Source of the DNA: a virus
Strand: one strand, 5' to 3'
IMG/VR virus record: IMGVR_UViG_3300025109_000004
Coordinates: 5,056 to 69,055 of that record
Length of the DNA stretch: 64,000 nt
Positions 38,419 to 47,827 of the stretch are shown one piece after another. Numbering within the stretch: the first letter of the stretch is position 1; every line of letters begins with the position of its first letter. Both the position numbers and the translations under genes were made by a program. The notes under the pieces were generated by a model. The model saw only the letters and a list, made by a program, of their open reading frames with translations. It was not told where the DNA came from and searched no databases.

Positions 38419-39348
38419 ATGAGTAAATCAAACCAAGCAAAAGAATTTGATTACCTGAATGATGACAAAGTTGTGGAACATCTTTTTACAGAGGGGGTCC
38501 TTGTCAGGCTGAATACCCGATGCTGGCAGGCAACCAGTTCCAAACTGCGAGAAGGAGAACTCAAAGCAAATGAGGATGTGATTCATGGAATTAAAACATT
38601 AATCGATCCTGACTCACTGGCAGACATCCGTTGTTTCTGTAACATGGCTCGCAATACCGTCAAGAGGAGCAAAAGCCGAAACAGGAGCAAAGCAGGTTAT
38701 TCATTTTTAAATATGGATTCGGTTGTCTTCGTCCCGAAAGGAATTTTGCCATGGATGGAAAGTCGCCTGCAGGAAATCAAGGCTGGGTTTGATAAAGCCG
38801 TTGAAGAGTTTATAGAGGCTTACCCGAAACTGAAGAAGGCATGGAAAGAGGTTGATCCGGAATTGTACGATGAGGATCTCTACCCATCACCTACAGATTT
38901 GAGAAGTAAGTTCGGAATCGAGTGGATGAAGTTTGTCATTACCATGCCATCGAAATCAACCGGGATCCTATCCAGCGCGCAGTATCAAAATGAAGTTGAT
39001 CAGCAGAAGAAACAGATCCGGGAATTTCTTGATTCAGCACTCTCATCCATCTCTACTGAATTTCTGGGGATCGTAAATGAACTCAAAACCAAAGCCGAAA
39101 AAGGGGAGCCCATGAACGCCCGCCGCCTTGAGACGATCAAGAATTTCGGTGCAACTTTTGATGCTCTGAACATCACCAGAAACCAAGATTTAAAAAGACT
39201 GGTCTCCGATTGCTACGGTCTCATTGGAACATCTGAGAAGGAGGATTTCAAAGAAGATTCATTTCAGAGCAAAGTTAAAGATGGAATGAAAAAGATCACC
39301 ACCGAGTTTAAGAAATCCAGCTCATTAAAAAGAGCAGTTGACTTTTAA
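38419..39348 (+). CDS. DUF3150-like protein
   Basis: GVLV.L...W, K.LIDP..L, VFVP, F.KAVEEF.E.YP, YPS...LRSKF; follows the AAA ATPase. Confidence 0.6.
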   Translation: MSKSNQAKEFDYLNDDKVVEHLFTEGVLVRLNTRCWQATSSKLREGELKANEDVIHGIKTLIDPDSLADIRCFCNMARNTVKRSKSRNRSKAGYSFLNMDSVVFVPKGILPWMESRLQEIKAGFDKAVEEFIEAYPKLKKAWKEVDPELYDEDLYPSPTDLRSKFGIEWMKFVITMPSKSTGILSSAQYQNEVDQQKKQIREFLDSALSSISTEFLGIVNELKTKAEKGEPMNARRLETIKNFGATFDALNITRNQDLKRLVSDCYGLIGTSEKEDFKEDSFQSKVKDGMKKITTEFKKSSSLKRAVDF

Positions 39349-39530
39349 ATCTCTTTGAGAGGATCAACTAAGTATCGTTGAACTCCTCTCATGGATGTTT
39401 AATATGCTTGATAAATCGCTCAGGATTGCCGTAGGACAGACTATCTCAAGGTCACCCATAGGAGAACACCCACTCAAAATTACAAGCTCTTAAATCGAAT
39501 TTTATGAGTAAATAAGAATAATTATTTACC

Positions 39531-39558
39531 TTTACTTTTTAATAGAAACCCTTATAAT
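39531..39558 (+). promoter_or_regulatory. Sigma70-type promoter
   Basis: TTTACT-16 nt-TATAAT upstream of the RHH gene. Confidence 0.5.
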
Positions 39559-39584
39559 AATAATTTTATGAAAGGAGAACTCTT

Positions 39585-39740
39585 ATGACAAAAAAGAAAC
39601 TGAACAAGAAACCAACCATCACCATCACCATCGATAAAGAGGTTCATGACGCAATCATCGAGAAGTCAAAAAAGGAGAGACGCAGCATTAGCAATTTTGT
39701 TAATCTTAAATTATTGGAGGCATTATTGAAAAAACAATAG
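39585..39740 (+). CDS. Ribbon-helix-helix (Arc/CopG-like) regulator, 51 aa, not in ORF track
   Basis: KPTITITIDKEVHDAIIEKSKKERRSISNFVNLKL; AAAGGAG RBS. Confidence 0.8.
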   Translation: MTKKKLNKKPTITITIDKEVHDAIIEKSKKERRSISNFVNLKLLEALLKKQ

Positions 39741-39752
39741 AAGGGTAAGACC

Positions 39753-40115
39753 ATGCCGAAAAGAAAAAAGAAAAATATATTTCATCCCCCCTGTGGGATC
39801 TGTCAGACCTTTGAGGAGATTCCATCAAAACACCGGCTCGCAAACTCTCGCTACTGCCATACATCGGGGAAGAGAACTGAGATCGACTACGATCATCCAT
39901 CATGTAAAAAGTTTGTGATGGCGGAATACTTCTGGTGTGAACATATCCAAAGAAGAATTAATAAAACCGTTTGTTTTCATCGTTTCAAAAACATCGTGAA
40001 CTTTAAAGACTTCAACGGGTGCAAAAAATGTCCTATCGGAAAAATGTTGGAAAGTGATGGATCCATTTACATTTCACCATTAATCAAACGCCAAGGGAGG
40101 AAAAGCCATGTATGA
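39753..40115 (+). CDS. Cys-rich hypothetical protein
   Basis: CGIC...C...C, C..C..CKKC. Confidence 0.6.
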   Translation: MPKRKKKNIFHPPCGICQTFEEIPSKHRLANSRYCHTSGKRTEIDYDHPSCKKFVMAEYFWCEHIQRRINKTVCFHRFKNIVNFKDFNGCKKCPIGKMLESDGSIYISPLIKRQGRKSHV

Positions 40116-40479
40116 CGATAATGAACAACTGAATATCTATGATATGAGAGAAGAGATAAAAAGTTTTTCTGAGAATTGTATTGCAGCAGCATCAGAGGAG
40201 TATGAGGATTCTACTCACTCCCCGAACTCCTACTCACCCACCCCTCCAATACTATTAGAGATAATAAACATGGAAACATTCTACTCCCTGTCTGAAGAAG
40301 CACAAGAGGTAATAAACATCATAATCAGTTGCCCTGCCGAACTGCGGAGAACTCTTGGTATACCTCTTAGATTAAACCAGTCTCTGCTGAAAACATTCTT
40401 CCATAAAAAAAGAGGGTGGAAGCACAGATCCATCAAAAGGACTTTTAAGGAAATCAAACAATATCTCCACAACAACTGA
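40108..40479 (+). CDS. Hypothetical protein, possible C-terminal HTH
   Basis: SLSEEAQEVI...GWKHRSIKRTFKEIK. Confidence 0.5.
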   Translation: MYDDNEQLNIYDMREEIKSFSENCIAAASEEYEDSTHSPNSYSPTPPILLEIINMETFYSLSEEAQEVINIIISCPAELRRTLGIPLRLNQSLLKTFFHKKRGWKHRSIKRTFKEIKQYLHNN

Positions 40480-40486
40480 GGAGGGT

Positions 40487-42196
40487 ATGATGAAAATCAA
40501 CATCAGGATCCCCTATAACAAAGAGGCGGTGGCTATCATCAAGTCACTGCCTCCACCCACCCGCAAATGGAATCCCGAGAAAAGATGTTGGTCGATAGAG
40601 GATAGTGAGTATTTTAATCTCGCAAATAAACTGAGGAAACCTCTGCCCATATTCGCAAAGAAACTTATCTTTGATAAATCCTATAAACCCATCAGGGATG
40701 CTGTGATCAAGAACCAAGGGCGAAAAGAATCAGCAATTAAAAAATCCAAAGCATCATCATCCTCTATTATTATTCCATGCCCAGAGGGTAAAGAGTATTT
40801 TGATTTTCAAAAAGCTGGCATAGATTATATGTTGCGGAGAAAAAATTCATTGTTAGCCGATGAAATGGGACTGGGGAAAACCATACAGGCGATCGGGGTC
40901 ATGAATTATTTTCAGAGAGAAATTAAAAATACCCTTATCATCTGTCCGGCAACTGGTAAAATAAACTGGTCCAGAGAATTGGAAGAATGGTTAGTAAGTA
41001 ATAAACTCTCCATCGATATTGCATACTCAGGACAGTTTCCCAATTCTGACATTGTCATAATAAACTATGATATAGTCATGAGAAATATTAAAAAAATTCA
41101 AAATCGAGAATGGGATTTGTTGCTCCCCGATGAATGTCATTTTCTGAAAGGGGAAGATACCCAAAGAACAAAGGCTATCCTCGGGAACGATAACGGGATG
41201 AGAAAGTTCCGGAAAACAAAAAAGAAAAAGGATATCGAAAAACCCACCCCACCCATCCAAGCAAAAAGAAGTATTTTCATTACCGGAACTCCCATCGTTA
41301 ATCGACCAAAAGAACTTTATTATATTGCAAACAGATTGATGGATGGGAGGCTGGGATCATTTATTAAATATGCCTATCGATACTGTGATGCAAAACAAAC
41401 AAGATGGGGATGGGATTTTGATGGAGCCTCTCATCTTGATGAGCTTCAATCGGTCCTCAGAGAAAATATTATGGTGAGGAGAATGAAGAAAGATGTATTG
41501 AAAGAACTCCCAGACAAGGTCAGACAGGTAATAGAACTACCCTCAAACGGGCTGATGAAAGTTGTTAGATCAGAGCAGGCAAAAACAGAAAAATATAATA
41601 GGGTAATCAAACAACTTGAAAAAGCAATCGAGGTATCCACAGAAACCTCTGATGAAAAACAGTACAGAGATAAATTAAAAAATATGGATTACTCTATGTC
41701 TCTGCCGGAACTAAATGAACTTTCTAAACTCCGACGGGTTACCTCTACCGCCAAAGTTCCTTATGTAGTAAAGCACCTGCAGAATGTTCTGGAAGGAACT
41801 GATAAGGTTGTGGTGTTCGCTCACCATCATGATGTGATCGATGCAATACATAATGAATTTAGAAACCATGCTGTACAGGTTACCGGAAGGGATAGCCAGA
41901 AGAAAAAACAAAACATGATTGATCTATTTCAAACGAATAAAAAAACAAAACTATTTATCGGCTCAATAAAAGCCTGCGGGGTTTTGATAACCCTGACCGC
42001 TGCAAGCACTGTGGTGTTTGCGGAGCTTGATTGGGTTCCTGGAAATTTACAACAGGCGGAAGATCGACTTCACCGAATTGGACAAAAGAACTCAGTACTG
42101 GTCCAACATCTGGTTCTGGAGGGAACGATTGATGCCTACATGGCAAAGGTTATTGTCAGGAAACTAAATGTTATCGATAAAGCAGTTAACCAATAA
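40487..42196 (+). CDS. SNF2-family (HARP/SMARCAL1-like) helicase
   Basis: LLADEMGLGKT, DECH, TGTPIVNRP, QAEDRLHRIGQ; N-terminal RKWNPEKRCW. Confidence 0.93.
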   Translation: MMKINIRIPYNKEAVAIIKSLPPPTRKWNPEKRCWSIEDSEYFNLANKLRKPLPIFAKKLIFDKSYKPIRDAVIKNQGRKESAIKKSKASSSSIIIPCPEGKEYFDFQKAGIDYMLRRKNSLLADEMGLGKTIQAIGVMNYFQREIKNTLIICPATGKINWSRELEEWLVSNKLSIDIAYSGQFPNSDIVIINYDIVMRNIKKIQNREWDLLLPDECHFLKGEDTQRTKAILGNDNGMRKFRKTKKKKDIEKPTPPIQAKRSIFITGTPIVNRPKELYYIANRLMDGRLGSFIKYAYRYCDAKQTRWGWDFDGASHLDELQSVLRENIMVRRMKKDVLKELPDKVRQVIELPSNGLMKVVRSEQAKTEKYNRVIKQLEKAIEVSTETSDEKQYRDKLKNMDYSMSLPELNELSKLRRVTSTAKVPYVVKHLQNVLEGTDKVVVFAHHHDVIDAIHNEFRNHAVQVTGRDSQKKKQNMIDLFQTNKKTKLFIGSIKACGVLITLTAASTVVFAELDWVPGNLQQAEDRLHRIGQKNSVLVQHLVLEGTIDAYMAKVIVRKLNVIDKAVNQ

Positions 42197-42218
42197 TAAT
42201 TAAGGAGGAGAAAAGATT

Positions 42219-42362
42219 ATGACTAACAAAGACTATTCAGAAAAAAATGATATATTTAAAAGTGCTTGCAAAGACGCAAATATAGAACCAACCACCAGAC
42301 AAGCAAGTAAGTTTTGAAGGGGTATGGGCAAAGCTTATAAATTCATAATGAAAAGGAAATAA
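42219..42362 (+). pseudogene. Small ORF interrupted by TGA at 42315
   Basis: MTNKDY...PTTRQASKF*RGMGKAYKF; strong RBS; the frame continues to TAA 42362. Confidence 0.45.
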
Positions 42363-42400
42363 AAATATTTTTTCATGGTTTGGTAAAAGTAAAGTATAAT
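42362..42400 (+). promoter_or_regulatory. Conserved 39-bp promoter, copy 1
   Basis: AAAATAWTTTTTCATRGTTTGGYAAAASTRWRGTATAAT, also at 49340-49378 and 51439-51477. Confidence 0.85.
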
Positions 42401-42432
42401 AGGTTATATTAATTTTTTATAAAAATAATCCT

Positions 42433-43335
42433 ATGTTTAATGTCATCGAGTATCTGGAAGATAGAAATATCTCCTATAGAACAACTGGAAAGAATGTCAG
42501 TGCCGGATGGGTCGAGGTGAACTGCCCTTGGTGTGGTGACCCATCCGAACACCTTGGCATCAACATTGAGGGGCTCGGGTTCAACTGCTGGTCATGTGGT
42601 AATAAAGGTTATATCACAAAGTATATAGCCGAGATCGAGAACTCCATAAGTAACATAAGAAACATCATAAATAAGTTCTCAGACCAGGACAAAGAACCCG
42701 AGCCCCTTTCCTCTTTATCTCTGCAACAAAAATATCTATTCAAACTTCCATCCAACGCTTCTGATCAACCTTCAAAAAATCACAAACGATATCTCAAGAA
42801 AAGAAATTTTGACGTGGGATTCCTATGCTCAAAATATGGGATCAGATTTTGTAGTGTCGTGGGAAAATATAAACACTCGATCATTATCCCCATAATCATG
42901 AACAGGGAAATGGTTTCATTTACCACGAGAGATGTAACAGGTATGAGGGATCAGCGGTACAGCCATTGCCCGAACAACAGATCCATTATCCCCATCAAAC
43001 AAACTATTTATAATCTGGATAACTGTAATGGGGAGACAGCTTTAATTTTAGAAGGTCCGACTGATGTGTGGAGAATGGGGGATAATACTATGGCTCTATT
43101 TGGAACTCAGTATACACAACAACAGATTGCCCTGCTCTCTCAAAAAAAATTCAAGAGGTTGTATATTCTATTTGATAAGAAAGCAGGGGAAGAAGCCCTT
43201 ATGCTCGCAAAGGATCTTTCTCTATTTGTTACAGAGACATTCGTTGTTGATCCTATGGGATATGACTATGATGATCCTGCTTCATTAACTCAGGCGGATG
43301 TATTATATGTGAAGAAAAATTTAGTGGGGGTATAA
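42433..43335 (+). CDS. dnaG: DNA primase (Zn finger + TOPRIM)
   Basis: CPWC..HL...FNCWSCG; ILEGPTD; LFD; DDPA. Confidence 0.85.
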   Translation: MFNVIEYLEDRNISYRTTGKNVSAGWVEVNCPWCGDPSEHLGINIEGLGFNCWSCGNKGYITKYIAEIENSISNIRNIINKFSDQDKEPEPLSSLSLQQKYLFKLPSNASDQPSKNHKRYLKKRNFDVGFLCSKYGIRFCSVVGKYKHSIIIPIIMNREMVSFTTRDVTGMRDQRYSHCPNNRSIIPIKQTIYNLDNCNGETALILEGPTDVWRMGDNTMALFGTQYTQQQIALLSQKKFKRLYILFDKKAGEEALMLAKDLSLFVTETFVVDPMGYDYDDPASLTQADVLYVKKNLVGV

Positions 43336-43339
43336 AGAT

Positions 43340-44536
43340 ATGACAAAACAAATAACATCAAATGATGAATCATGGATGGGGATGTTTACAGGGAAATCCT
43401 TCTGGCAGATAAATAAAACTATCTGTATGGGGATAGGATTAACTCCAACCCTGTTGCTCGCAGAACTATCCAGCAGGTGGGAGTATAGAAAAAAGAGGGG
43501 GGAGTTAAAAGACGGTTATTTTTTCCGCACAAAAGAAAAGATTGAAGAGGAAACATTTCTCTCCCCATACCAACAGGGAAAGGCACTTGAACTGCTTAAA
43601 AAATTAAATCTTGTTGAGACAAAGATGATGGGGGTTCCCTGTAAAATGTATTATAAAATCAACATCCAAAATATAAGTCACCTCCAAGATTTTATTGTTG
43701 AATATCGAAATTCCCAGTTCTTAAAAAACTTGAGAACTAGCCATGAAGAAATTAAAGAACTAGTTCTTAAAAAACTTAATGACTCATATAATAAGAATAT
43801 AAATAAAAAGAATAGAGATAAATCATCTAAAGATGATATTGCGATTTCACAGAAATCGAGGGAAAGCTTTTCTCTTACAATTAAACCTTATCTTGATTAC
43901 TGGTATGAGAAAGGGTTTACTGTTAAACATGGGAGGCAGACCAAGACCTATAAGAAAGCAAAACAATTTTTATTTGATCTTATCAATGGAAAATTATTTG
44001 AGAATGTTCCTAACTATGAAGATCATGTTGGTAGGGAGTTTACTCTTAATGAATGGAAACAGTCTGTTAATAATTATGAGCTGGTTTTTGACAAATCGTT
44101 TTCCCCTGCTGATAAATCAAAACTCGCCAGACCTGCCCTCGACTCTTTTCTCTTTAACGAGAGGGCTAAAGATGGGAACTACAGCAGATTCATCAAGTAT
44201 CTCACCTACACCCCGAAACGATTGGAACAAAATCCTGGAGGGAATCCCTACCCAAAGACAGTTCAGCTCCTGCAGAAAAAACTGAATCTCAAAACCGTTA
44301 ATATAAACCTCGTGAACGCATCAATCAGGATTGAGAAGTTCTTCGCCAAACATGATCATAAACTTGATGGAGCAATAAAGGGCTCATCAAAGAGAAAAGT
44401 GGATCTCTGTTTTAATGTTGCGGATGATATGGAGAACATCAAACTATCCACCAACCTGTTCCTACAAGAGTGGTATTATGAACGAGTCCATAAATGGCTC
44501 GATGATAGGGGCTATCTTTTAACAAGGAGGAGATAA
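43340..44536 (+). CDS. Replication initiator-like protein (N-terminal winged helix)
   Basis: DGYFF.T.E.IEEET.LS..QQ..A...L..L.LVE....G.P.K.YYKIN; internal iterons. Confidence 0.7.
   Translation: MTKQITSNDESWMGMFTGKSFWQINKTICMGIGLTPTLLLAELSSRWEYRKKRGELKDGYFFRTKEKIEEETFLSPYQQGKALELLKKLNLVETKMMGVPCKMYYKINIQNISHLQDFIVEYRNSQFLKNLRTSHEEIKELVLKKLNDSYNKNINKKNRDKSSKDDIAISQKSRESFSLTIKPYLDYWYEKGFTVKHGRQTKTYKKAKQFLFDLINGKLFENVPNYEDHVGREFTLNEWKQSVNNYELVFDKSFSPADKSKLARPALDSFLFNERAKDGNYSRFIKYLTYTPKRLEQNPGGNPYPKTVQLLQKKLNLKTVNINLVNASIRIEKFFAKHDHKLDGAIKGSSKRKVDLCFNVADDMENIKLSTNLFLQEWYYERVHKWLDDRGYLLTRRR
43715..43830. repeat. Probable replication origin: three 23-bp iterons plus AT-rich tract
   Basis: CAGTTCTTAAAAAACTTGAGAAC / TAGCCATGAAGAAATTAAAGAAC / TAGTTCTTAAAAAACTTAATGAC at 43715, 43738, 43761. 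Confidence 0.6.
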
Positions 44537-44539
44537 AAG

Positions 44540-45109
44540 ATGAAATATTATGAAGAATACAAAGTCAACATTCCAGAAGGTCAGTCAGGGGATTTTAAAA
44601 TCCAAAAATTTATAGTTAATAAAAAAGATGCTTTTAGTTTTAATATTTCAAATATGTTTCAAAGAAGTATTGAACCGGGAACTTATACAAAATTGGTCGC
44701 GACCAATAGACTTATTATGTCTGATACACCAGCAGAAATTTCTGATCATTTGGAAATTATTTATCAAGCTAAAGGGAATGTTTTGATTAATGGTTTAGGA
44801 ATAGGAATGGTTGTGATAGTATGTGCGAGAAAGAAAGAAGTTAAAAAAATTATAGTTAATGAAATATCTGAAGATGTAATTAAATTGGTTGCTCCATTTT
44901 TAAAATTCAAGAAAAAAATACAGATTAACCATATTGATGCTTTTGACTATAAACCAAATGGAATTAGATTCAACACAGTATGGCATGACATTTGGGATGA
45001 AATCTGTGAAGATAATAATGATGAGATGAGTAAACTCTGCAGAAGGTATGGGAGATGGTTACAAAAACCTCATTGGCAGAAATGCTGGGGAAGATACCAA
45101 TGGAGATAA
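44540..45109 (+). CDS. SAM-dependent methyltransferase (spermidine-synthase-like fold)
   Basis: MSDTPAE, GNVLINGLGIGMV, VNEISEDVI.LV, DAF, WHDIW. Confidence 0.8.
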   Translation: MKYYEEYKVNIPEGQSGDFKIQKFIVNKKDAFSFNISNMFQRSIEPGTYTKLVATNRLIMSDTPAEISDHLEIIYQAKGNVLINGLGIGMVVIVCARKKEVKKIIVNEISEDVIKLVAPFLKFKKKIQINHIDAFDYKPNGIRFNTVWHDIWDEICEDNNDEMSKLCRRYGRWLQKPHWQKCWGRYQWR

Positions 45110-45297
45110 TATTTTATATAGTTTTATACTAGATATAAACTATCGATTTTAGGGCTAGAAAATAGGGGGTATGATATATCTTTAAATCTCTGATTTAGCC
45201 CCTTAGATTGCTCTCCAATCGATTATCTTTTAGAAAAGGTATGAGACTATGGGTTTAGAAAAACAACTGTTTAAAACTTAAATATGGAGGCCAAATC

Positions 45298-45702
45298 ATG
45301 GCAAAATGGGTAAAATGGGGAATTTCACCAGAGGGATATCATAATTTGATATTAGAACTGGTAAAGAAGATCAAGGAAACAGAAAGGAAGTTTTCAAAAG
45401 TTTATGGCATACCAAGGGGAGGATCCATCATTGCGGTTTATCTTTCTCATTATCTTAATATTCCAATAGCAGATATTGTTTTTGATCAAACAACTCTTAT
45501 AGTAGATGATATAGCGGATACAGGAAAAACTTTGAAGCCTTACAGCGAAGCATTCTTTACAGCCACCCTTCACTACAAATCACGAAGTATTGTTACTCCT
45601 GATATCTACATCAAGAAAGTTGAGAACAAAGATTGGATAGTTTACCCCTATGAGATGAGTAGTGAGATCCCAAACAGGGAGCTACCAAATAAACCAACAT
45701 AA
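45298..45702 (+). CDS. Type I phosphoribosyltransferase
   Basis: VYGIPRGG, LIVDDIADTGKTL (PRPP loop), WIVYPYE. Confidence 0.88.
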   Translation: MAKWVKWGISPEGYHNLILELVKKIKETERKFSKVYGIPRGGSIIAVYLSHYLNIPIADIVFDQTTLIVDDIADTGKTLKPYSEAFFTATLHYKSRSIVTPDIYIKKVENKDWIVYPYEMSSEIPNRELPNKPT

Positions 45703-46237
45703 GAAGAAATAAAAATTTAACTAAGGAGAACCATGCAAATTTAATTGAATTTTATTATTGGGCAATAGGAAAGGAGCAATCAAATGAACAAAATGCAATT
45801 CTTACTTATGCTGAATTTTATGCGATTTGGAACACCCCTCCCAACTAAAAAACAAATAGAAGAAAGGAAAAATTTACTTAAAGAAAAAAGAAAAAAAGAA
45901 CCACAACTTTGTAGTATTGAAAATTGCAACAATAAATGATAAATCCGAACTGTATTTTTTACAAATCCTTCGGTAACTGTCTTAACGAAAAAATTAAAAA
46001 GAAATATTTTATCGGGAGGCAATGCATTGAGTGGGTAAACGAAAAAAACGATATTTGTAAATTTAAGATCGAACATAAAAAGTCTTTGGTATTACCACCA
46101 CCCCCACCAAGAAAAATTTATACTAAACTGGGTAGAGCTTAACAATGACCAAAGAAAAAGAGATCATCTGGCAACAGATCAAGATTAGCACATCACGTTA
46201 ATATAAACATAATCCGACAAGATAAAGGGAGGGAAAT

Positions 46238-46831
46238 ATGAAAGTATTTACACCATCAGAAATCAATAAAATTATTCCGGCTCTTGGGAAAAAACAAATT
46301 AATGACCTTGTTGATAAAGGTCTAATTGAGCCTTGGAAAAAATCAACAGGGCAAGGGGTCACGAGATTATATGACAAGAAAAACATAATTGATTTGCTTA
46401 TTTGCTGGCAAATAAGGGGAATGATGCCACAAAAACAGATTAAAGAATTTATAAGTTATGCTCATGTTGACCCAAAAATAATATTTATTATTTCTAAGCG
46501 GACTGGAGATAAATGGTATTTTCATAGGATAGCCGAGGGATTTGATGAGCAGTTCTTTCAGGCTTGTCTGTTTTGGGACTATGACAGTGAAAGAAAGTAC
46601 ACGCCTAAAAAAATGGACACAGCTTCAATAGTTGTCAATGTTAAATCGACTAGAGAGTTTGTCGAAAAATATTTCGCAGCAAGGAGGAAAATAACCATGA
46701 GAACAATCTACAATCAAAACAAAGTTAAAATTCTGGAAGGACAATCGGGAGAGTGGAAGGTTAGTAAGTTCCTAAAGAAGGTAAGCAAAGAAAAGAAATA
46801 TACATGCATGTCCAACATGCGATTCTTATAA
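46238..46831 (+). CDS. MerR-like HTH protein fused to a methyltransferase N-terminal remnant
   Basis: FTPSEI...LVDKGLIEP....GQG..RLY; C-terminal KVKILEGQSGEWKVSKF. Confidence 0.6.
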   Translation: MKVFTPSEINKIIPALGKKQINDLVDKGLIEPWKKSTGQGVTRLYDKKNIIDLLICWQIRGMMPQKQIKEFISYAHVDPKIIFIISKRTGDKWYFHRIAEGFDEQFFQACLFWDYDSERKYTPKKMDTASIVVNVKSTREFVEKYFAARRKITMRTIYNQNKVKILEGQSGEWKVSKFLKKVSKEKKYTCMSNMRFL

Positions 46832-46844
46832 CTAGGGAGACTAT

Positions 46845-47225
46845 GTGATGATGACCAAACAAAAACGTCAGGAGGTAATAAAGCAAACTAGGGAACGATT
46901 CGATGTAAAGAAGTTTCAAATTAATGGAGCAATAAATATTGGATGCCCATTTTGTGAAATAGCAAAAAATTCCTGTTTAGAATGTGAAATTAGTCCTTGG
47001 GCTCCCGAAGTAGATCCGTTTTGTGGTGGTATTATATGGGATAAAATCGAAGATGAACCGGGGAGTGGTATTATTCATTGCTCTGATGCAGTCATATTTT
47101 GTGATGCCGATGAGGATACTTGGAAACAGATATGTGAGAATATAAATCATCACATGAATTTAATTGAATTTTATTATTGGGCAATAGGTGAAGTAAAAGA
47201 GAGGGGGAAAGAGGTATGTGTTTAA
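46845..47225 (+). CDS. Cys-rich hypothetical protein
   Basis: CPFC...CLEC. Confidence 0.55.
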   Translation: MMMTKQKRQEVIKQTRERFDVKKFQINGAINIGCPFCEIAKNSCLECEISPWAPEVDPFCGGIIWDKIEDEPGSGIIHCSDAVIFCDADEDTWKQICENINHHMNLIEFYYWAIGEVKERGKEVCV

Positions 47226-47824
47226 CCACAATAAATAATTGTAGGACCGATGAACAAATCAAAAACGGGAAGTATCTGAAAAATCAACAAGAGGCATGGG
47301 TAGTTGTAGAAAAACATGGATACGGAAACTACAATGGAATCCGATGTAATTCTCCGGCAAGGTTTGGGGTATGGGAGGAAGCCCCCATTAGAAAAAAAGA
47401 TATACTAAAATGGGTTGATGAAGATTATTTATATGAATTAGGGTTTCATGGATTTAAAAATAAAGAGGATGCTGAACAAGTTTACAAATGGGAACTGATG
47501 TATAGAAGAAATTTTTCAAGAATCTTGTCTGGTATTAAGAGAAGAAATTTTTCAAGGAATTTTTCTGGTATTACAATAGCACTAGTACGGGTAATATTTA
47601 GAGATATTTTGGCAGAGGGAAGACAAAATTTATCAATAATGGGATATGCAAGGTTCTATAAAGAATATTGGAGAGAAGTAAAAGTGATAGTGGCTAGAGG
47701 GCGTTGTATCGTGGAAGAAATAAAAAATTTAACAAGTGAAGAGTATTTGGCAATTTCGAACTTGACCACAATAAAGAAAGCAATAACTGCAATAGATCAT
47801 CATATTAGAAAAAAGGATAAATAA
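47216..47824 (+). CDS. Hypothetical protein
   Basis: MCL...YELGFHGF..KEDA; contains a tandem duplication near 47504-47573 and a permuted insert. Confidence 0.65.
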   Translation: MCLTTINNCRTDEQIKNGKYLKNQQEAWVVVEKHGYGNYNGIRCNSPARFGVWEEAPIRKKDILKWVDEDYLYELGFHGFKNKEDAEQVYKWELMYRRNFSRILSGIKRRNFSRNFSGITIALVRVIFRDILAEGRQNLSIMGYARFYKEYWREVKVIVARGRCIVEEIKNLTSEEYLAISNLTTIKKAITAIDHHIRKKDK

Positions 47825-47827
47825 TCT

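Noticed and set aside
33308-39403. Hairpin repeats as a CRISPR array or integron
   Set aside because: Spacing is gene-sized and irregular; no cas or integrase gene and no GTTRRRY/RYYYAAC attC cores. Kept only as a hairpin family.
42315-42317. In-frame TGA as evidence of stop-codon recoding
   Set aside because: Single case; TGA terminates conserved genes such as queE, queC, folE and polA at their expected ends.
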